A stretch of 64,000 nt of DNA from Chrysomallon squamiferum (taxonomy: Eukaryota > Animalia > Mollusca): the NCBI GenBank assembly GCA_012295275.1, contig CM022670.1, forward strand, positions 39,556,001-39,620,000, given 5' to 3'. Below the pieces are notes generated by a model. That model searched no databases and was not told where the DNA came from. It was given only the letters and a program-made list of their open reading frames with translations. The first letter of the stretch is position 1. Each line of letters starts with the position of its first letter. Below, one piece after another: positions 54,052 through 64,000 of this stretch. The position numbers were made by a program, and so were the translations under genes.

Positions 54052-55698
54052 AAGGTCGATATGGCAGAAGCGCAGACGATTTCCGCTGACTAAAAGACCG
54101 GCTAAAGTCCGATATTGAGCCACACGATGGAGTCGGAGATCAGCCATTTTGAAAATCTAGCAGACGTGTTCTGAGATCGATGGAAGTGTCAGAATTCGTT
54201 CGTTTAACGTTTGTGTGTTTGTTACTGCGTAACCATACAAAAAGAATTAAAATAGTTTTCTGAGTGTTTATCTTTCGTTATATTTTGTTCCAGTTTTACT
54301 AGGAGCAGGTAAATGTGTAATAAAGTCATCATAAAGATATTTAATGCCTTCGTATTTTGTTGGTGTTCTTGTTGTCGTTGTTGTGTGTGTGTGTGTGTGT
54401 GTGTGTGTCTGTCTCTGTATGTGTGTCTGTTGTATGAACCTGCATTTCTCAAATTGGCTGATTCATAAATTAATTATCAATAGTAAATAAATTAATTGTT
54501 TTGCTGTTGTTTTTGTTTTTTTGTTCTTTTAAAGGTACACGATCATCAGCTGCTTTCTTTGTTAAAGAGTAAGGCCGTATCATTAGCACACCAACAGACA
54601 AAAAGACGCAAAACTTAGAAAAACGTGCATCTCTAAATACACACAGATAGATAAACATTAACATTCGAAACAACAAAAACTTCATTTAAAACTTTAAAAA
54701 TCTCTTCTGATATCAAAAGGTTTATTTGTTTTAGAAATATATATTAAAACGTAGATGCCGCACAGTATAAAGATTCTTTATTTTTAATTTTTAAAAAAAT
54801 TTAATTTCCGAATAATACTCTTAATACTCAATCATATCACTCTGGTCTGTCTGTCTACCATTCGAGCCAGACAGAACGTGCTGAATGTCATACCAAACCA
54901 CATTTCAGTTCCTCTGTTAGCTAGCTAGCACTCTCTATATCTAACTTCGATCAATGATTCTCCTGTATATACAAAAACCTCATGGCGGACTAAGCAAATA
55001 TTTGTCCATATATTCACATAATGGAGGCCGGACAGATGTAATGTAAGCTAAATTCGAACCGGGTCTTGTCACCGGGCCAAGCTTTCCAAATCACGCGCGG
55101 ATAAAATGGAGACGGAACGGGCAGAGCTCAACGCTGTACAAATATGACCACCGCCGCCATATTGGGCTGGATCTCTTTTTTTTTTTCAAAAGTAAAATAA
55201 AAGACATAAGAAAACGGAGATAAAAAAAAAAAAAAAAAGTTTGGTCTATTCATAATAACACGTCGTTTTGAATATAAGCATTAACATTGTCTGTCTGTTT
55301 TTATATAAGATCTCGTTTTCTGTGGGTACCTCCGTGAGGTTTGAATAGCTGAACGTCTTCTGTCTTTTTGTTGTTGTTTTTTCTTTAAAAAAAAAAAAAA
55401 AAGTACTTCATTGTTGCGAAAAGACAATTCGGAGTGCCAAGACTGGGCGTGTGAGGTTCTCGTGTTTCAGTTACGACAGGTTTAATTTGCTGAGTTGTAC
55501 TGTAGACTTTTTGTTTGCCTCTGCTCGGGCCGGCTTTGTGAAGACCGGGTACACGAAACCAAAACCCGTTTCTGAAAGAAAGGAAACTTTCACAACAGAG
55601 AAACGTTGAAATAGTTTACTGATAATTAGATAGCAAGCAGGTCCGATTATTTTTATATCCATGTTATATTATTATTATTATTGTAATTATTGTTATTA

Positions 55699-55745
<47 letters not shown>

Positions 55746-55748
55746 GTA

Positions 55749-55805
<57 letters not shown>

Positions 55806-56893
55806 TAAATACACACTTTCTGAAACCTGGAAATATCCCACACTGTTGCAGATAAGAAAGTAAGGAAATACATTTGTTAATAATTAGAAGGAAACAATAA
55901 ACTGAAATGAAGTATGAATGAATGAATGAATGAATGAATGAATTAATTAATTAACTTTTAATCATGAAAGTAAGCGGTTACACAAATATATTAATAAGTA
56001 ATTAAGGAAATAAATCAATGGAGTTTCAAAATCATAAACATTATTTATTATGGTTAAGTGAAATGTCAGATTATTTCAATACAATCTTTGTTTATGAAGC
56101 AGCCTTGTCTTTATTTATGTATGTGTGTGTGGGTTATCATCATCATGTCATTATCATCATCATCATAATTTGTTTTTAGTACAGGAGATTCATCCAATAA
56201 GTTCAAATGTATTGTGACCTAAAGTTAAACAGGGGACACAATCCTCTAATTCTGTTTATCAAAGTTCATTTAGAATTATCTCCCGTTATCCTTTTTTTTT
56301 TCTTTTTGTTTTTCATCGATTCATTTAAATGCAGGAGTTTACCAGTGAACCACCGTAAAAATGTGTCCCCTTAATATTATCTGAGCAGTGTTAGTTAATA
56401 TCAAGGCAAACAGAACGAGATATTTATTTGAAAATATTTCGCCAAATGATCTGGATTAGTAACGGAAAACAACTACACTGTGACAGTCACAGTTTTAGGT
56501 TATGGAGTTATCTCACCCTGGTTTTCAAAAGGATCATTCTGATAAAAGAAAACACTTTTTTTAGCAAACAATAAATCGTACATTAAGATGTATGTGCAGT
56601 ATTATGTAATTTTCTGGTAAAATGTTCTTCTTCTTTTTTTATTTATTAATTTATTTATTCAAGAGGATGTTTTGTTGGGTCAAAATAAATAAATAAATAA
56701 ATTGGAGAAACAAAGAAATGATTATTTAAAAATCCACCGCATTCTTGCTTACAATGGTATTGAATAAGATTTATTCTTTATTTGTTAGGAATTTTCTTAA
56801 TATTATTTACTCTTCTAAAGTATTCACTCACTCTCTCGTCACATTTATATTATTTTTAATTTACTTTTATTTTTCTTAAAAATTTAGAACTAA

Positions 56894-56955
<62 letters not shown>

Positions 56956-57051
56956 AAATGATATATGAAGACAGTTTGGAATAGAAAAGCCAACTCGAGT
57001 ATTTAATTACCTTCAGACATAAAATACGTTCTATTATTTTTTGTTGTTGTT

Positions 57052-57093
<42 letters not shown>

Positions 57094-57311
57094 CTTCTTC
57101 TTCTTCTTCTTCTTCTTATTATTATTATTATTTATGTAAGTGAAAATGGCTATTAATATTCTTTAATCACTTCCTCAAAAATTTGTCAGAAACGTAACTC
57201 GTGTCATTTTGACTTTTTTTTTTTTTATTTCTGTTGTTTTGTTTTTGTACTCACTGCCGCTGTGACAGAAATCTCTAAATTCGTGTAAATTAAACGTAAA
57301 ACATTAATAAA

Positions 57312-57377
<66 letters not shown>

Positions 57378-58138
57378 GATCAAAGAAAACGCATGAAAAA
57401 GATAAAACGCAAATAAGCTGAACGAGAAAGGGAGTACAGAAATATAAAAATAATAAACTTAACAGTGTCGTTTTGACTTTTTTTTTTTTTGATGAAATCG
57501 TCAGTGCTGGTTATTTCTGCTTCGCGATGAGATGAGGATAAAAACGGTGATTAAGAGCTGTTTTGAATGAAACCTTAGAGAGGATCACCCAGAGGCTTGA
57601 GAAAGACGTTATTCTGTTCAATAAGGAAGTTGTCACAGTCCATTCAAAACTAAAACCTTTTCTTGATTAAACTAACTCCAGTGGTGTCTTTCTGCCTGAG
57701 AGTGCTTTTAGTTTAATTTTTTATTATTATTATTTTTTTTTTTTTATTATTATCTCTTTTTTTTTTTTTTTTTTTTTCTTTACTGTGTTATTTACCGAAT
57801 TTCTCCAATTGCAGATGAACTGATGTTTACGAATGATATTTTTTAATTTGTAGTTACTATTTGAAATTTTTTAAAATGAACTATTTGCACGTGGATTTAG
57901 ATAATATCCAGCATTTCTCTGTAAATAAGAGAAATAATAATGATAAAATATCCAAATCAGGTAATTAGAGTATCTGTTGATATAAATTATTTAAAAAGGC
58001 CAAGTATAATTAATGTATCCAGCTTTCTGTGATCTTGAAACCGTTAGTAATTAAAGTTAATAAACCGACAACAACAACAGCAAGAACATTACACACTTCT
58101 ACTTTTATCATTATTGGTTTACTATTACTGAGACTACT

Positions 58139-58241
<103 letters not shown>

Positions 58242-59004
58242 GGAGAGGCAGAGACTAGTTTGACAAACGCAATATTTTAATATTTCTAGAAATTTAATTA
58301 TCTAAGAAGTAAATATTGCAAAATATGTATATTAGTTGATCTTTTACACTTGTTTGTAATATATCTTTATTTTAATTTATAAATTTGAATTTAGGAATGT
58401 ATCTGAGAATGTGCGTACAAGAGGATATATATGATACATAGCACGTCTTAGATATCGAAGCAGTAAAATATAATTTCTTATACAAGGCCAATAATACATT
58501 AATATAAAATATTTAAGAATTTCTCTAAGTAACTGTATGCATCACTAATGACAAAAGCAGAGTAAAAGTCCTTCTTGTTGATAGAAAACTTTCTGTTAAA
58601 GTGTTATTTATTGATCCCTAATCGTAAATTTATATTGTTGCTAACAATTACTTCTGAATTAATGTGTCATGTGTTATTTACTCTCGTTTTAGCTATATAA
58701 CTATGATTCTGTTATTAACAAGTTGACAGCAAAAGCAACTTCTGTTCCTTTCTTTTTAATATTTGGTAAGTGACTCAGTTAAAATTTTGCTGACATTTGT
58801 CTTATGAATCTTCGTTCAAACGTTTCTGCAATTTGGAATATGCATCGTCATTGGAAAGTTTCTGGTATTTGATATGTGAATTTGATTTCATAAGTTTCTG
58901 ACATGTGTTAAATATATCTTCATTAAAATCTTTCTGAAAAATTTCTGACATCTAAAAAAAGAATCTTCCTTAAAACGTTTCTTATGTCAGTTAATGTACG
59001 AATG

Positions 59005-60473
59005 TTAATTCAAAAGTTTCTGACATTTTTGTGAATCTTTACTCGATAATATTTCAACTTTAGCGGTCGAATCTTTACTCAAAAGTTGTTCTTTTCCTTT
59101 TTCGTTGGCGTGACATTCATCGCCATTTTCGATGACAACGTTTCTGCTTTTATCATCAGCTCCTTTATCAGCATGATTACCGGTGAACCTGCGTTCTCGA
59201 GAAAAGTTAAAAAGCTCCAACAGTTTTGAGAAAAGTTGTTTTCTGAAGAGAATGTAAACCCATGGATCAAGGATTTGGTTGAGAGAAGCAAGTCGAATTG
59301 CTAACAGATCGAAATCATGGTTGACTGGATACAGTCGTTTCTGGTTGATTATCATTCTCACCTGATAAAAAGAAAAAAAAAGAAGAAAAAATGCGTCTAA
59401 CATATTAAAAGAGAAGTTGTCTTTTTGAGGTAAGATGTCTGCTACATGTAACAAATTACGTAAGCTGATAGAGATGGTGTGTCCTTTACAGAAAATTTTA
59501 ATTGCTCGGTGCCAATAAATAAATAAGAAATAAGACAGTAAGTAAGTAAATAGTAATAAAAATAAACAATAACAATAATAACTAATAATAATAATAATAA
59601 ATAATAATAATAATAATAGTTGATGTTATTTCCTAATATTTAATCATTTACTTTGACCTTTCTACTTACCATCAAAGGTGAATAACACGTGACAAAAACG
59701 AAAACGATTCCGGCGAGCAGTATTATCATGTGAGCCTCGTTATCAACACGAGTGCTTCTGCCATGTTTATTCAGCTTCTTCACCAGCTGGCGCATTTTGA
59801 ACAGCACAAACATGACGACCGTGTTACACACAGCGGTGACGCTGATCACAAAAAGTCCGTAGAAAGCGTAGAAATACGTCAGCACTTTGTCCGTGAGCAG
59901 ACGACCGTGGTAATCCAAGAAACACCAGGTCCCGGGGTAATGCAAGACGTTTCTGCCGAGTCCGAGAAAGGGAAGCGACGCCACAAAGGCAGACAAGATC
60001 CAGATCGACGACAAAATATAACTCACTTTCTCGGGACGAAATCTTCTGCTGTAGACGTACGGCTGTAAAACAGCGCAGTATCGTTCCAAAGCCATCACGC
60101 CGACGATCGTCACTGTCGAAATTCCAGAAAAGATCATGAAGAAGCTGAAGTAGTCGCACAGGGGTTGTCCTCCGATCCATCGTCTGCCGTTGGCGTAGAC
60201 GGTGACGGTGACGGGGGAGAGAACCAGAATCCCAAACGCGTCGGTGCACGCCAGACCCCCTACGAGTCTGAAGAAGACGTTAGTTTTGTGTTCACGGCTC
60301 GAGCGACACAGAACGAACAGCGCCAAACAGTTGCCTCCAGTTCCGCAGAGGAACATCAGTAAAGGAACGGTTATCACAACGAGAGGGCTGCTTGGGTGGC
60401 TGTTTGAAGAAACGGCGTTCAGTCCTGCAGAACATTTCAGTTGTGTTGTGTTACACAGTTCAACAGCATCCAT
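59005..60473 (-). CDS. PTGER4: Prostanoid receptor, PGE2 EP4-like class A GPCR, 386 aa, two coding exons (60473-59670, 59361-59005)
   Basis: MALERY (TM3), YPGTWCF (ECL2) and IRLASLNQILDPWVYILFR (TM7 Arg and DPxxY) are prostanoid-receptor signatures. The phase-0 intron ATG|gtaagt...ttatcag|GTG falls at the end of TM6. Subtype orthology is uncertain. Confidence 0.9.
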
Positions 60474-61803
60474 TTGTATTTGAATCCAGTTCTTCTGATG
60501 TATTTATTTTACATCATAAGCTATGTAATATGTATATCTCCTTTACATCATAAGCTATATTACACTATTAATTACCAGTCAATGTTCAGTTTCTTCTTGG
60601 AGTATTTCTGAGATGACGTTCGAAGAGCAATCATTTCAGTCCAGGATTAGCCACGTTCAGACATGTTAGTAAATGCCTTTGGCACCGAGTGTTTAGAATC
60701 AGCTGTGGTTTCTTGTAAGAACGATTCCCAGACACATGTGAAAACACGCGCAACACGTGTTAAAAACACAAACTGATGTCGATACATGGAAACAAACGAC
60801 TTACATTTGGTATGATCGCTTCCAGCAATTTGCGTCAGATGATTGAATCCTTTGAAAAGAAATCTGCCACTGACAGACAAAGTACGTCACTGTTTCTTTT
60901 ACATCCTTCCTCTACTTTTTGCTCCATCCAGTCTTCGTTTTTAAAAATGATTTATTTCCCAAATAATAATAATAAAAAAAAAACTTCACAATAAAAATCT
61001 GGACGTGAAAAATACAGTTAGCCAGGACCTGGTCGTGTTTAACACGCTGGTAAAAAAAACTCTTGCAAGTTTCACCGTGCATTTAGTTAAAAGTTGCTAA
61101 CAGTGAGTTGTTGTATAAATACCAGATGTCAGGAAAACAGCCTGCGATTAAACAAGAAGGGTCACCGAACAAACAACAAGGGAATGAAAAAAGTAAAGAA
61201 TGCTCGTTGAAACAGTTTTGTTAGGTATGTGACTAAGCAAAAAAAAAAAAGAGTAAATGTTACTGAGTTGTGATGATGAACGTGTTTTCCATGAGACAAA
61301 ATTTAAAGAGACGGAATGTTAAATAATCTGGCTAAATCTGCGAAATGAAAGTTAGTGATTTGTAACTGATACGAAAGTCTGTGAAAAAATCCAGCAGAGT
61401 CTGATTGACGAAGCAATGTCACGTACTTCTGTTCGTTTGTCTGGCTGTTTTATGTCTGATGACAAAATATTGATAACAGTCTGATCGGTTTTCCTTTTAA
61501 TATAAAAAAGATAAACGTATCTTTGACGTTTCAGTTTAAAACATTTTAATTAAATCACTTCGTGCTTTTTAATATTCAAGAGAGAAAAAAAATACTAAAT
61601 TAATTATCAATTGAAAAAGACAAACAAGTTTTATTGATATAATAATAAAACTTTTACTTATTCTTATTTTTTTGAATTCCGAATTGAGATTTACACTTCT
61701 AATAATTATGAAAAATGGCGCCTTATTTCTAAATACAGAGATGTTCTTTTTAAACGAAAAAAATAAAATAATGAAGAAATAAACTAACAAAAACACAAAC
61801 AAC

Positions 61804-61846
<43 letters not shown>

Positions 61847-62583
61847 ACAAAGATGAAAAGTTTTTGCAAAACATTTGTTTTATTCCTAACCTGGTTTTAA
61901 GAATGTCTAAAATAAATTCATTTGAAATTATTTATTTATTTATTTGTTTGTTTTTTGTCCGTTTATTTTTCATTATCTTTGTGTGAAATTAATTTATTTA
62001 ATTATGATCACTGACTGCACTTTATTTCAAACTACACGTCTAAACAGGTATTTAAAATATTAGGTAAAAAAACAAACAAATCCAAACTGACTGAAACTAA
62101 ATTCGTAATTTAATGCACTTTTTTCATAAAATAAAACATGATATGTAATAAATAGTATAATAAACTTTGTACGTTACGGCGTATTGAGTTTGAAATAAAA
62201 ATTAACACACATAATTAAATTTGGAATGAAAATAGACCATGTTTATTTTGAAATTACAGACAACACAAACACACAGTATTTGAAATAAACGTAAAAAATA
62301 TACATTTTAAAATAATAAAAATAATTTTGAGACGTTATTTGATTAATCGCTTAAACAAGACAAATATCACCGTTTTAAAAATACACATCTTGGCAATGAG
62401 CATTTCCTTCAACTAAAAGTTTTTATTCTTTCCTTTCCTTTTCTTTTTTCTTTTTCTTTTTCTTTCTTTAACTTTGTCCTTCTTTCTTTCCTTCTTTCTT
62501 ATTATTTCTTTCTTTCTTTCTTTTTTTTTTTTCTTTTTTTCTTAATGATTTAATTAATTTAATTAATAAAGCACAGGTCGAGT

Positions 62584-63030
62584 TTACGAATGCTGATCGT
62601 CAGGTATGAATGATTTTAAAACGATCGCGTCACCAGCAGAAGGCAACTGACTGATAAGTCTTGACGAAACGTTTCCGTTCAGCTGGATGCTGCCAGCGCT
62701 CGTCCTGTGGATGTAGCTCATGCTCGGGCGCGACACGGCGGAGTTAGCTCCCTTAGTGGGCGGCTCGCACAAGCAGTGCAAACAGAACGCACAACATGAG
62801 TCGTTATCAAATCGTTTGACTTGAGTGAGGTCAATGGCGTTCTCTTCGTTTTCAATCCGCAGTAGGAATTTGATGGCGTAGACGACTTTCCAGATTAGCT
62901 CTCGACGGAAAAGGATGTAAACCCACGGGTCTAGAATTTGATTGAAAGACGCCAAGCGAACCATGAGCAGGATGGTTTTCTTCGTGTTGAATAATTTAAC
63001 AAGGCTCGTCTGACACAAGAATACGTAAAT
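62584..63030 (-). CDS. Second prostanoid receptor paralogue, last coding exon (TM7 and C-tail); upstream exon lies beyond the window
   Basis: Acceptor ctattttcag| at 63031, then IYVFLCQTSLVKLFNTKKTILLMVRLASFNQILDPWVYILFRR...*. Confidence 0.88.
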   Translation of the reverse strand: MYVFLCQTSLVKLFNTKKTILLMVRLASFNQILDPWVYILFRRELIWKVVYAIKFLLRIENEENAIDLTQVKRFDNDSCCAFCLHCLCEPPTKGANSAVSRPSMSYIHRTSAGSIQLNGNVSSRLISQLPSAGDAIVLKSFIPDDQHS

Positions 63031-64000
63031 CTGAAAATAGAAAAAAAAAGTAAAGCCTGTAACGAAGAAAATGTCAGATTTAATTTACGTCTGATACCTC
63101 GGCTTAATTGCAGAAGAATTCAGCAAGAAGCAACAGCAACAACAACAACAATAATAATAACAACAACATCAACTACGACAATAATAATAACAACAACTAC
63201 ATCATCATCAACAATAATAATATTAACGGCAATAAAAGCAACAACAATAAGACGAATTTAGATACAATTAATTTTTGAAACTATCTTTCTCATAAACACA
63301 TGGACACAGGCACACACACATACATAAAAGAAAGAACTGAAACACGTATAGAACACACACACACACACACATACAAATGTTCTCCAAAAATGGAAAAACG
63401 GATCTAGAAATAAACAAACAACGATTCTAGTAGTTACACTTCTCTGCAACTCTCCATTTGCTGAATGGAATGTTTTATTGAGAAACCACGATAAAACATA
63501 ACGAGCAGAGTTTGTCTCGTCTTTCTCGAGGCTAATAAAAACCAGTTTCAGACTTAACGCGTTTGATTTATAAGGTGACATTAAACATCGATTGCTCCTA
63601 GTTCTAACATCGTCATCAGGTTTTGACGATAATGAAAAACCGGATCAGTTTTTTTTTGCAATAACAGGAACACGACCATATCAGACATCTATTATTTTTC
63701 TCTCTATTCCCATCTTTTTTTTTTTTTAAATGTCTGTCTCTGTACATACATATATCCATAAATATACAACGCACGAACGTAAGTGCATCCAAACATACGG
63801 AATGGATTCCGGTTAATTGGATTAATTGGTAAATTGGGTTTCACAGTGGAGGATATAAAAAAAAAAAAAAGCAAAGTGTTTACGCTTTTCTATCTGTATC
63901 TATTACCACTGTTGTGAATTAATGCCTAACTGAATGTCTGCAGACGAAAAAAAAAAAATCCACCCTACAGTACGTTAATCTCACATATTTGGCAATAATA

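Noticed and set aside
59730-60483. Plus-strand and alternative-frame ORFs over the GPCR
   Set aside because: Shadows of the GC-richer receptor exon.

Overview
AT-rich, microsatellite-laden animal genomic DNA with spliceosomal GT-AG introns. The style suggests an invertebrate, plausibly a mollusc, but that is inference. Left: the first two coding exons of an RNA exonuclease 1 (REXO1) homologue on the minus strand, head-to-head with a complete 24-coding-exon TUT4/TUT7-type terminal uridylyltransferase on the plus strand (6185-21997, about 1636 aa by my exon sum). The TUT has a C2H2 finger, an inactive NTase copy, an acidic linker, an active NTase copy and only two visible CCHC knuckles. It also has two further well-formed exons downstream of its apparent stop codon. 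Middle: an intronless Tctex1-family dynein light chain CDS (33946-34455), a 22-bp minisatellite, a foldback element, and about 24 kb with no recognisable CDS but CpG-richer islands carrying RFX X-box and YY1-like motifs. Right: two tandem minus-strand prostanoid (EP4-like) GPCR genes, one complete and one represented only by its last exon. No prokaryotic systems, CRISPR arrays, rRNA or intact tRNA were seen. All exon boundaries were derived by hand from splice signals and frame continuity.
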